64,000 nucleotides of DNA, from assembly GCA_050260635.1 (NCBI GenBank), contig JBLNCL010000016.1:33355-97354 (forward strand). The letters run 5' to 3'. The position numbers were made by a program, and so were the translations under genes. The stretch comes from Betaproteobacteria bacterium. Its GTDB lineage: Bacteria; Bacillota; UBA5301; DYFA01. Below, in pieces: positions 39,380-48,273 of this stretch (positions are counted from its first letter, which is position 1; every line of letters starts with the position of its first letter). Under the pieces are notes generated by a model. That model saw only the letters and a program-made list of their open reading frames with translations. It did not search any database and was not told the origin of the DNA.

Positions 39380-40870
39380 TTGCAGCTCCGAGACATCTCC
39401 AAGCAGTTCCCCGGGGTCAGAGCGCTCAACCGGGTCAGCCTGGACCTGGAGGCCGGGGAGGTCCACGCCCTGTTGGGAGAGAACGGAGCCGGCAAATCCA
39501 CGCTCATCAAGATATTGTCAGGTGCCTACGCCAAGGACGAAGGCAAAGTCATCATCTCCGGCCAGGAAGTGGAGATTTCCGGACCCAAGGACGCTCTGAA
39601 CCTGGGTATCAGTGTCATCTACCAAGAACTCAACCTCGTGCCCTACCTTACGGTCGCCGAAAACATCTCGCTGGGACGCGAGCCGCTCCGCGGGAGGGGA
39701 GGGCTCCTGAACGGGAAGGCTATGGTGGAGACGGCCCGCGCCGCGCTCGAGTTCATCGACGCTGACATCAATCCCCAGGCAGTGGTGGCGAACCTGTCTA
39801 TCGCCCAGCGCCAAATGGTGGAAATAGCCAAGGCGGTGTCCCGCGAGGCGCGGGTCCTCGTCATGGACGAACCCACCTCATCGCTGACGGAAGGCGAAAC
39901 GGCCAAGCTCTTTCGGGTGATCGCCACCTTGAAGAAGCGTGGGGTTGGCATTATCTACATCTCCCACCGTATGGACGAGATCTTCGCGATCGCGGACCGG
40001 GTCACGGTGCTGCGCGACGGAGAGAACGTCGGCACGCGCCAGATCAGCGAGGTGACCCGCGACGAGCTGGTCACGATGATGGTCGCTCGCAAGCTGTCTG
40101 ACTACTATGCGCGGGAGCACGTCGAAGCCTCGGACGTCGTCCTTGAGATCAGACACCTCAACGCCGGCAAGCTCCTGCGGGACATTTCACTCACCGTGCG
40201 CCGGGGTGAAGTGGTGGGCCTCGCCGGGCTGGTCGGCTCAGGCCGAACCGAATTGGCCCGGTGTATCTTCGGTATCGACCGTTACGACTCAGGGGAGATC
40301 ATCATCGAAGGCAGGCCGGTCCGTGTTTCCTCGCCGCAGGAAGCGATCCGTCTGGGCATCGCCCTGGTCCCGGAAGACCGGAAGAAGTCTGGCTTGGTGC
40401 TCAAGATGGCGGTGCGGGAGAACCTGTCCATGCCGGCCATGAACAGCAGCCGGCGCAGCGACCCGCTCCTGGCGTGGGGGCAGTTCATCCGCCGCCGGGC
40501 AGAGATGGGCTTGGTGGCTGATTTCATCAGGCAGCTCGACATCAAGACCCCGTCCGACACGCAGAACATCGGGAAACTCTCGGGGGGCAACCAACAGAAG
40601 GTCGTTCTGGCCAAGTGGCTGGCCATCAGCCCGAAGCTCCTGATCCTGGACGAACCTACCCGGGGAATCGATGTGGGCGCCAAGGCGGAGGTCTATTCCC
40701 TCATCAACGAGTGCACCAAGCGTGGTATGGGCATCCTCATGATCTCCTCCGAGCTGCCCGAGATTCTCGGCATGAGCGACCGCATCCTGGTGATGGGCGG
40801 CGGCCGCATCCGGGGTGAACTCGCCGGGAAAGAAGCCTCGCAAGAGAAGATCATGGGACTGGCCATCTGA
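39380..40870 (+). CDS. Sugar ABC transporter ATP-binding protein with duplicated ABC domains (RbsA-like)
   Basis: Two Walker A sites (GENGAGKST, GLVGSGRTE) and two signature motifs; TTG start. Confidence 0.85.
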   Translation: MQLRDISKQFPGVRALNRVSLDLEAGEVHALLGENGAGKSTLIKILSGAYAKDEGKVIISGQEVEISGPKDALNLGISVIYQELNLVPYLTVAENISLGREPLRGRGGLLNGKAMVETARAALEFIDADINPQAVVANLSIAQRQMVEIAKAVSREARVLVMDEPTSSLTEGETAKLFRVIATLKKRGVGIIYISHRMDEIFAIADRVTVLRDGENVGTRQISEVTRDELVTMMVARKLSDYYAREHVEASDVVLEIRHLNAGKLLRDISLTVRRGEVVGLAGLVGSGRTELARCIFGIDRYDSGEIIIEGRPVRVSSPQEAIRLGIALVPEDRKKSGLVLKMAVRENLSMPAMNSSRRSDPLLAWGQFIRRRAEMGLVADFIRQLDIKTPSDTQNIGKLSGGNQQKVVLAKWLAISPKLLILDEPTRGIDVGAKAEVYSLINECTKRGMGILMISSELPEILGMSDRILVMGGGRIRGELAGKEASQEKIMGLAI

Positions 40871-40885
40871 AAGGGGGCAACTGAC

Positions 40886-41872
40886 ATGGCGCAGGCTACC
40901 GCCACCGCGATCGATTCGCCCGGCCGCAACAAGCGGGCGCTGCAGTTCATCTTCCGCTCAGGCATCTGGATTGCGTTGATCGTACTGACCGCAGCCTTCG
41001 CATTCTCCTCGCCGTATTTCTTCACCATGGGCAACCTCCTGAACGTAGCCCGGCAGGTTTCGGTCAACGCCATCGTCGCCGTCGGCATGACCTATGTCAT
41101 CATCCTGGCGGGCATCGACTTGTCGGTCGGGTCGATGATGGCCCTGGTCGGCGCGTTGGCCGCCGGCTTCCTCCAGACCGGGTGGTCCCTCTGGCCTACC
41201 CTGGCGGTGAGCTTGGTCGTGGGCGTCGTGGGCGGGTTGCTCAACGGCTACTTCGTCGCCTATCAAGGGATCCCGGCGTTCATCGTCACCTTGTCCACCA
41301 TGACCATCTATCGCGGTTTGGCCTTCATTCGGACGGGGGGGTACGCCATCCCCATCAACTCCCAGGTGTTCCTGGACTTTGGACGCGGCTATGTCGGCCC
41401 AGTCCCCATTCCCGTCATCATCATGGCCGGAATCGTGGTCTTGGGGCAGATCGCCCTGACCATGACCAAATTTGGCCGCCACTCGCTCGCCGTGGGCGGC
41501 AATGAAGAAGCCGCCCGCCTCTCGGGGGTCAACGTCGAGCGGATAAAGTTGACTATCTACGCCATGTCCGGACTGCTGGCGGCCGTTGCCGGCATTGTCC
41601 TGGCGGGGCGGCTCGGGGCCGGCTCGGCGAATTCAGCCACAGACACCGGGCTCGACGCCGTGGCCGCGGTCGTTCTCGGCGGCACCGATCTCTTCGGTGG
41701 CCGGGGTACGATCACCGGCACGATCCTTGGCACCTTCATCATCGGGGTCATCAGCAACGGGCTGACGCTGCTGAACGTCCAACCCTTTTTCCAGATGGTC
41801 ATCAAGGGGTGCATCATCCTGTTCGCCGTCTGGTTCAACATCTATGGCTACCGGAAGGGCGCCATTCAGTAA
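40886..41872 (+). CDS. Sugar ABC transporter permease (RbsC-like)
   Basis: About ten TM helices; characteristic internal segment. Confidence 0.85.
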   Translation: MAQATATAIDSPGRNKRALQFIFRSGIWIALIVLTAAFAFSSPYFFTMGNLLNVARQVSVNAIVAVGMTYVIILAGIDLSVGSMMALVGALAAGFLQTGWSLWPTLAVSLVVGVVGGLLNGYFVAYQGIPAFIVTLSTMTIYRGLAFIRTGGYAIPINSQVFLDFGRGYVGPVPIPVIIMAGIVVLGQIALTMTKFGRHSLAVGGNEEAARLSGVNVERIKLTIYAMSGLLAAVAGIVLAGRLGAGSANSATDTGLDAVAAVVLGGTDLFGGRGTITGTILGTFIIGVISNGLTLLNVQPFFQMVIKGCIILFAVWFNIYGYRKGAIQ

Positions 41873-41884
41873 GGAGGGTCAACC

Positions 41885-42640
41885 ATGAGCAACGTGAGAG
41901 TCCTCATCGCTGGTGAGTCGTGGATCACGATCAGCACCCACATCAAGGGCTTCGATTCCTTCGTCACCAGCAACTACGAGGAGGGTGGCGAACAGCTCCA
42001 GAAAGGCCTGGAGCGGAACGGCATCGCCGTCGACTACCTCCCCAACCATGTGGTCGGCCGCAAGTTCCCCACCTCGTTGGCCGAACTCCGCCAATATGAC
42101 GCGGTGCTGTTGTCCGACGTGGGAGCCAACAGCCTCCTGCTGCATCCGGACACCTTCGCCAAATCCATCCCGGCGCCCAACCGGCTCAAGCTGCTCAAGG
42201 AATACGTGGTCTCTGGGGGCGGTCTCCTGATGATTGGCGGTTATCTGACCTTCCAGGGCATCGAGGCCAAGGGCAACTGGCGCGGCACGCCGGTTGAAGA
42301 AGTGCTGCCGGTGGACCTTTTGGACGGCGACGACCGGGTCGAGGTGCCTGAGGGCTTCACCCCGGAAGTCGTGAACTCCGACCACCCGATTCTCAAGGGC
42401 ATTGCGCGTGATTGGCCGATGTTCCTCGGGTACAACCGGTTGATCCTCAAGCCGCAAGCCACGCTCCTCGCCCGGGTGGGCGATGACCCCTTCATCGCGG
42501 TGATGGAGGTCGGTGAGGGCCGGACGATGGCCTTCGCCTCCGACTGCTCGCCCCACTGGGGACCGCCGGGTTTCACCGGCTGGGAGTACTATCCCGCCTT
42601 CTGGACCCAGGCGGTGAAATGGCTCAGTCGCAAGCTCTAG
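41885..42640 (+). CDS. Class-I glutamine-amidotransferase-like (ThuA/DUF1355-like) protein
   Basis: ~250 aa; GGGLLMIGG nucleophile-elbow-like segment; weak family assignment. Confidence 0.45.
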   Translation: MSNVRVLIAGESWITISTHIKGFDSFVTSNYEEGGEQLQKGLERNGIAVDYLPNHVVGRKFPTSLAELRQYDAVLLSDVGANSLLLHPDTFAKSIPAPNRLKLLKEYVVSGGGLLMIGGYLTFQGIEAKGNWRGTPVEEVLPVDLLDGDDRVEVPEGFTPEVVNSDHPILKGIARDWPMFLGYNRLILKPQATLLARVGDDPFIAVMEVGEGRTMAFASDCSPHWGPPGFTGWEYYPAFWTQAVKWLSRKL

Positions 42641-42652
42641 ACCAGCACGAAG

Positions 42653-43597
42653 GTGGCGCAGTTCGTGGTAAAGAGACTCTTGGTAGTCGGTAGTCTGAAC
42701 ACGGATCTGGCAGCCCAGACCAGCCGCCTTCCCAAGCCGGGGGAGACCGTGATGGCCGCCGGCTTCCGGACTGGCCCGGGCGGTAAAGGGGCCAATCAGG
42801 CCGTCGCCGCCGCCCGGCTTTCGTCCGAAGTGCGGGTCTGCATGGTGGGGCGGGTGGGTGACGATCCCTACGGCGCGGCGCTGCTGGCCAACCTGTCCCA
42901 GAGCGGGGTGTCGGTCGACTGGGTGGGGCGCGATCCCGAGGTCGGAACCGGGGTGGCGCTCATCACTGTCGACGAATCAGGACAGAACACCATCGTTGTC
43001 CACCCCGGGGCCAACGCGAGGTTGGAGGCGCGGCACGTTGTCGAGGCTCTGCAGAACTTAGACGGAGTCGGGGCCCTGCTGATCCAGTTGGAGATCCCTC
43101 TGCCCACGGTGGAGGCTACGGTGCGGGAAGCCCGTCGCAAGGGCGTTCCGGTGATACTCAACCCGGCCCCGGCCCAGCCGTTATCGCCCGAGCTGCTCTC
43201 GGCGGTCGACTTCCTGGTGCCCAACGAGAGCGAAGCCGAGCTGCTCAGCGGCGTGCCGATCGACGGTCATCCCGGCCGCGCCGAGCGCGCCGCCCGGTCC
43301 CTGATTGCCCAAGGTGCATCCGCCGTGCTGATCACCCTGGGAGCACAGGGCGCCATCCTGGTGGATCGAGAGCGGACCGCCGCTTTCCCGGCCTACGCAG
43401 TCAAGGCAGTGGACGCCACGGCCGCGGGCGACGCCTTTCTGGCCGGCTTCGCCGTCAGGCTGCTGGAGCGGGGTTCAGTGGAGGAAGCAGTGGATTGGGG
43501 TTGTCGCGCCGGAGCCCTGGCGGCTTCACGGCCCGGCGCTCAGCAGTCGCTGCCCATGCGGCAGGAGGTCGAGCGCCTGGGGGCAGAGAAGCGTTGA
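42653..43597 (+). CDS. rbsK: Ribokinase
   Basis: VVGSLNTDL...GGKGANQAVAAARL...DATAAGDAF ribokinase motifs. Confidence 0.85.
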   Translation: MAQFVVKRLLVVGSLNTDLAAQTSRLPKPGETVMAAGFRTGPGGKGANQAVAAARLSSEVRVCMVGRVGDDPYGAALLANLSQSGVSVDWVGRDPEVGTGVALITVDESGQNTIVVHPGANARLEARHVVEALQNLDGVGALLIQLEIPLPTVEATVREARRKGVPVILNPAPAQPLSPELLSAVDFLVPNESEAELLSGVPIDGHPGRAERAARSLIAQGASAVLITLGAQGAILVDRERTAAFPAYAVKAVDATAAGDAFLAGFAVRLLERGSVEEAVDWGCRAGALAASRPGAQQSLPMRQEVERLGAEKR

Positions 43598-44790
43598 GCG
43601 CGAACGATGAGCGGCACCGCGTCACGCGCCTCCTCGAACGTCTGATCGCGGTGAACACGTCCAATCCTCCGGGCAACGAGGCGGCCCTGGCTCAACTGCT
43701 CGCCGGCGAGTTGGCCGCCTCCGGCCTGGAGGTCTCCCTGACAGACCTCGGAAGCGGCCGGGCCAACCTCGCGGCCCGGCTGCGCGGCAAGTCGGAACGC
43801 CCGGCCATGCTGTGGCTGGGACATCTGGACACGGTGCCGGTCGGGGTAGAGGCCTGGCAGTCAGACCCGTTCACGGCCACCATCAAAGGCGGCCGCCTGT
43901 TCGGGCGCGGCGCCTCGGACATGAAGAGCGGTCTCGCGGCCATGTCCGTTGCGGCCATGTGCCTGGCCTCTTCAGGAGAGACGCTCGAACAAGACCTGAT
44001 CCTTTACTTCACGGCCGATGAGGAGGCTGGCGGACTGGGAGTCAGGCGCCTTCTCCAAGAACCGTGGCTGAAAAACGTCGGCCGCATAGTGGTCGGAGAA
44101 CCGACCAATCTGAACATCGGGGTGTGTGAGAAGGGTGCGCTCTGGCTGGAGTTCACCACCACCGGGCGAACCGCCCACGGCTCCAGCCCGGAACTGGGGC
44201 ACAACGCCATCCGGAGCATGCAGCTCCTCATGAATGAATTGTCCCGCCTCGAACTGGGGGGCGCCGCCCACCCGTTGTTGGGGCGCAACACCCTGTCCTT
44301 CGGGACGATCGCCGGCGGAGTGAAAGTGAACCTGGTCCCGGACCAGTGCCGCCTGACGGTGGACATTCGCCTGACGCCGGAGTCCGACTATCGCGAGTTG
44401 CTTGAACGGGTAGAGCTGGCTTTACGGCGCTTGTCCGACGCCGAAGCGGGATTCAGAGCCCGGTTCCGGATTATCAACTACTATCCGGCGGTTCAGACTC
44501 CCACCGACGCCCCGGTCGTTCAGGCAGCCCTGGCCGTTGGCAGTCAAGTCCTCGGGAGGACCCCGGCCCTGGTCGGAGTGACCTACTTTACCGATGCGGC
44601 CCTCGTCGTCTCCGAAACCGGTCTCCCGGCGGTCATCCTCGGCCCCGGCGACCCCGCGGAGGCACACGGGCCGGATGAGTCGCTCTCGCTGAGCAGCCTC
44701 CACGCCGCGGTCGCCTACTATCGTGCTCTGGGCCGGTGGGCCTTTGACTGTTGCCGTCTGAAGAACCGCCCACCGAGTATACCAATTTGA
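43594..44790 (+). CDS. M20-family peptidase/deacylase (ArgE/DapE-like); TTG start overlaps the rbsK stop
   Basis: GHLDTVP, GASDMKSG and DEEAGG motifs. Confidence 0.75.
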   Translation: MSANDERHRVTRLLERLIAVNTSNPPGNEAALAQLLAGELAASGLEVSLTDLGSGRANLAARLRGKSERPAMLWLGHLDTVPVGVEAWQSDPFTATIKGGRLFGRGASDMKSGLAAMSVAAMCLASSGETLEQDLILYFTADEEAGGLGVRRLLQEPWLKNVGRIVVGEPTNLNIGVCEKGALWLEFTTTGRTAHGSSPELGHNAIRSMQLLMNELSRLELGGAAHPLLGRNTLSFGTIAGGVKVNLVPDQCRLTVDIRLTPESDYRELLERVELALRRLSDAEAGFRARFRIINYYPAVQTPTDAPVVQAALAVGSQVLGRTPALVGVTYFTDAALVVSETGLPAVILGPGDPAEAHGPDESLSLSSLHAAVAYYRALGRWAFDCCRLKNRPPSIPI

Positions 44791-44899
44791 CAGAATTACA
44801 CTTCTTTTTTCGAACGGCAGGGGATTTCTTACCTCGTGCGGAAGTGCACAATAAACAAGGGACGCCCAGGCAATCACGGCGAACCAGGTTGGGGAGGAG

Positions 44900-45244
44900 T
44901 TGCAGCGCATGTTGAAATACCGGACACTTGCCGCCTTTGTCGTTTGCTGTGCTGTGGCGTCCGCTGCCGCACCTGTGTTGGCGGAGACAGCCAAGCCGCA
45001 GTTTCTTGCCGACAAGCACATCGCGGCTGGCCTCACATGTGCGAGCTGTCACGGGCAAGGCAAGCCCGCATCAGTACCGACAACAACCTGTCTCTCCTGT
45101 CACGGCTCTTACCAGGAGCTTGCCAAGAAGACTGCCAGCTTGCGCCGGAACCCGCACGACTCACACTATCCTGACCTTGAGTGCGACTCGTGCCATCATG
45201 GTCACCGGGCGCAAGAGGACTTTTGCGGCACCTGTCACGGTTAG
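44900..45244 (+). CDS. Tetraheme cytochrome c3-family protein (secreted)
   Basis: Signal peptide; CASCH, CLSCH, CDSCH and CGTCH. Confidence 0.8.
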   Translation: MQRMLKYRTLAAFVVCCAVASAAAPVLAETAKPQFLADKHIAAGLTCASCHGQGKPASVPTTTCLSCHGSYQELAKKTASLRRNPHDSHYPDLECDSCHHGHRAQEDFCGTCHG

Positions 45245-45392
45245 ACGGATTCTGCGGGATGCTGCGTAGTCCGGCAATCACGGCTCCTGGAATCAAACCA
45301 GCCGTCGGAAAGTGAGGGATCGGGGTCAGAGACAAGTCACTTGGGTCAACGCACCGCAGGGAAGACGCACTAAAGTTGTAGGAGGGTCTGCT

Positions 45393-46868
45393 TTGAAGAA
45401 GGTTACGCGGCGTACGTTCATCAAGTATGGGCTGGTTACCGGCGCAGGACTAGGGGTTGCACAACTACCTGGTTCTCTGGTGGAGGCCGCGGAGTTGGTG
45501 GGCAACCTACCCCGCACCGAGCGTTATGATGTCGTGGTGATTGGAACAGGTTTGGCCGGTATGGTGGCGGCCATCTCCGCAGCCGAGAATGGTGCAAAAG
45601 TGGCTCTCATCGAAAAGCAGCAGAAGGCTCTGGCTGGCGGCAATTCCGCTCTGGCCGGCGGGGCGTTCACGGTTCCGCAGGCGGACACCCAAGAGGCAAA
45701 GGACCTCTTTTACGAAGAATGCATGAAGAAGAACGGGTATCGGGCTGACCCGGCCCTGACCAGGAGCGTTGTGGACCATTCCTTGGAAGGCATTGCGTGG
45801 CTGAGGGCGCACGGCGCGGATTTGCCGGAGGCCGTACCCCTGAATCCTTACCGGGTAAAATGCATAACAGCTGCACCGGGCCAGTTCCGCGGCATGCCGA
45901 AGCTGCTTGCGACGTTGCGCGCCGCCGCCGCAAAGGTCGGTGTGACCGAGTACTATCGGATGAAGGCCAAAGACTTGCTGATCGATGCCTCCGGCAAAGT
46001 GGTGGGGCTGCGAGCGATGTCCACGGATGGCCTGGTGGATTTCAGAGCCAAGGCCGTGATCATCGCCAGTGGTGGTTATGCTGCGAATCCACAGATGTTG
46101 GAGCAGTGGGTAGGGCCGGACGCTGACGAGAGTCTCGTTCGCGGGGTGAAGTGGGCGACAGGTGACGGGCTCCAGATGGCTGAAAAGGCGGGAGCCGCCC
46201 TGGTGCAGATGGGCGGGCTGGATTCCTTGCATATCGCCGCGGTTCACGTAAAGAACACGGCGTCGGGGAATCCTTCACGTCTCATTCCGTTCTCTCTGGG
46301 AATCAACAAGCTGGGTCAGCGCTACGTCGACGAGTCCCGTGGCTATGTGTCGCACGGAAAGGCGGCCATGAACCAGCCGGGGGCCCAAGTCGCCATAGTC
46401 TTTGACCAGGCAATCGCTAACCTCCCGGAAGGGAAGATGACGTTCGACAACTTCAACGGCCTCGGCATTGAGATCCTCAAGGCCTCAACCCTGAGCGAAC
46501 TCGCGGCAAAGATCGACGTGCCTGTTGAAGCCTTCCTCAAGACAGTGTCGGACTTCAACGCCAGCGTGAAGGATGGCAAGGCGCTGACAGCCAATCCGCC
46601 CAAGGCCGCAGCCGCCATGCGGATTGAGAATCCACCGTTCTATGCCATCTATCCGATGCGCCCTGGTATCACCCTGACTTTCGGAGGAATAAGAGTCAAC
46701 GTCGACCGTCAGGTGTTGGAACCAGACGGAACGCCGATCAAGGGCTTGTATGCAGCGGGGGAGTGTGTCGGTGGACACTTCCTGGTGGATTACATGAGCG
46801 GCGGTTCCCTCACCCGTTGTACGGTTGATGGGCGTATTGCGGGCGTCAACGCCGCTAAGGAAGCGTAG
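45393..46868 (+). CDS. Tat-exported FAD-dependent flavoprotein reductase (fumarate/urocanate/methacrylate-reductase-like flavocytochrome flavin subunit)
   Basis: Twin-arginine motif TRRTFIKYG after a GGAGGG-TTG start; FAD motif VVVIGTGLAGMVAAISAAENG; C-terminal flavocytochrome-like domain. Confidence 0.8.
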   Translation: MKKVTRRTFIKYGLVTGAGLGVAQLPGSLVEAAELVGNLPRTERYDVVVIGTGLAGMVAAISAAENGAKVALIEKQQKALAGGNSALAGGAFTVPQADTQEAKDLFYEECMKKNGYRADPALTRSVVDHSLEGIAWLRAHGADLPEAVPLNPYRVKCITAAPGQFRGMPKLLATLRAAAAKVGVTEYYRMKAKDLLIDASGKVVGLRAMSTDGLVDFRAKAVIIASGGYAANPQMLEQWVGPDADESLVRGVKWATGDGLQMAEKAGAALVQMGGLDSLHIAAVHVKNTASGNPSRLIPFSLGINKLGQRYVDESRGYVSHGKAAMNQPGAQVAIVFDQAIANLPEGKMTFDNFNGLGIEILKASTLSELAAKIDVPVEAFLKTVSDFNASVKDGKALTANPPKAAAAMRIENPPFYAIYPMRPGITLTFGGIRVNVDRQVLEPDGTPIKGLYAAGECVGGHFLVDYMSGGSLTRCTVDGRIAGVNAAKEA

Positions 46869-47009
46869 TACTGCTCCGTAGAAGATACAGGGAAAAAGGG
46901 ACCCGGCTGAGAAGGTATTTGTAGGGCAGGCTGCCCCATGACGCATGGGGCAGCCTGCTCTACCTCCATCTGCCGGAGGACGTCGCGGATCAGCTCCAAA
47001 GGGGACGGG

Positions 47010-47687
47010 TCAGAAGGAGAGGCGCAGGACCGGCAGGGAGCCGGCCTGGTCGGCGGCATAGAGGCCGACGAGCGCCCCGGCGGCGACATCGCCGGGGTAA
47101 TGGCGGTTGAGGTAGACCCGGGAGAGCCCCACCAGGCCAGCCAGGGCGTAGAACAGGCGGCTCCGGTCGGGGTAGCGGCGGGCCAGGACCCGGGCAAGGG
47201 CGAAGGCGGTGGCGGTGTGACCGGAAGGGAAGGAGTCGTACCCGGGGCGGCCGGCCAGGTAGTGGACGCTGTTGGGGGCGTCCGAATCGGGGCGGCCCCG
47301 TCCGACCGCCCACTTGGCGACGGTGGTCAGCACCCCCGCGTAAGCGGCGGAGGCCACTGCCTCGGTTGCCGTTTCGGTCTCCCCGGAGAGGCAGAGGGCG
47401 GCCAGAGTGGCGGCGACGCCCGGCCCCTCGCCGAAGAGGGTGACGGCCGACATGGCGGCGTCCCCCACCGGGCTGCGCAGGCCGTCTCGGAGAGCGGGGC
47501 CGACGGTGGGGTCGGCGGCCAGGAGGAAGGCGGTGAACGCCCATCCGGCGGCGGCGGCGGGCGCTTTCGGGGCCGGGGCCGGCGCAGAAAGCGAGGCCGG
47601 CGGCGGGGTGGAGGCCACGACCGCAGGGCCAGCCAGGAGGATCAAGGCCAACCCCCATGAAGTTACAAGGCACGCGATGCGCTTCAC
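47010..47687 (-). CDS. PAP2-family (acid) phosphatase, membrane-associated
   Basis: KxxxxxxRP...PSGH...SRxxxxxHxxxD: AKWAVGRGRP, FPSGHTATAF and SRVYLNRHYPGD. Confidence 0.7.
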   Translation of the reverse strand: MKRIACLVTSWGLALILLAGPAVVASTPPPASLSAPAPAPKAPAAAAGWAFTAFLLAADPTVGPALRDGLRSPVGDAAMSAVTLFGEGPGVAATLAALCLSGETETATEAVASAAYAGVLTTVAKWAVGRGRPDSDAPNSVHYLAGRPGYDSFPSGHTATAFALARVLARRYPDRSRLFYALAGLVGLSRVYLNRHYPGDVAAGALVGLYAADQAGSLPVLRLSF

Positions 47688-47850
47688 AGCCAGACCTTTC
47701 GCCCGGCGGGGCCGGTAAACCTTGTGGAAAGTGGAAACTAAGGAGCGGGGTTGGACGTTCAACCTGAAGGTTAGCCATGCCCCGGGGCGGCAGGTCTTCC
47801 ATGAACCGTCAGGAGGGGAGGGCGGCGGGGCGTCGAAATTATGGAAGCAT

Positions 47851-48267
47851 ATGCAAGGGGGTCGGCGGGTGAAGAAGCGGACCAAGATACTGCTGGGAAT
47901 CGGTCTCATCGTGGTCGCCATGGCTGCCCTGATGGCGCTGGGCCTCTCTCGGACACAGACCTATTATGTGACCCTGGAGGAGCTTCTCGCCGAACCGGCG
48001 GCGCAGGCAGGCCGGCAGTTGCGGGTGAACGGCAAGCTGATCGGCTCTTCAGTCTCTTTCGATCCCGAGCAGGTTCTGCTCAAGTTTGACCTTACGGATG
48101 GGCGGCGTACGCTTCCCGTGACCTATCAGGGGGTACGCCCCGGGTCCTTCGAGGACGGTGCGGAAGTTCTGGTCGAGGGGCGTTACCGGGACGGGATCTT
48201 CGTCGCCGAGAACGTCCTGACCAAGTGTCCCTCCAAATACGAAGCCAAGGCGACAACCGGCCAGTAG
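47851..48267 (+). CDS. ccmE: Cytochrome c maturation haem chaperone CcmE
   Basis: N-terminal TM, then VTLEELL...LRVNGKL...FDLTDG...VTYQGVRP CcmE fold motifs. Confidence 0.85.
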   Translation: MQGGRRVKKRTKILLGIGLIVVAMAALMALGLSRTQTYYVTLEELLAEPAAQAGRQLRVNGKLIGSSVSFDPEQVLLKFDLTDGRRTLPVTYQGVRPGSFEDGAEVLVEGRYRDGIFVAENVLTKCPSKYEAKATTGQ

Positions 48268-48273
48268 GGAGGT

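Noticed and set aside
46990-47802. 270-aa minus-strand ORF and 46938-47660 plus-strand ORF overlapping the PAP2 gene
   Set aside because: Alternative frames of the same high-GC stretch. Only the 47010-47687 frame shows PAP2 catalytic motifs.
47688-47921. N-terminal 78 codons of the 303-aa PAP2 ORF (MATTMRP...)
   Set aside because: It overlaps the ccmE upstream region and is not hydrophobic or signal-like. GTG 47687 with an AAAGG RBS gives a typical signal-anchored PAP2.
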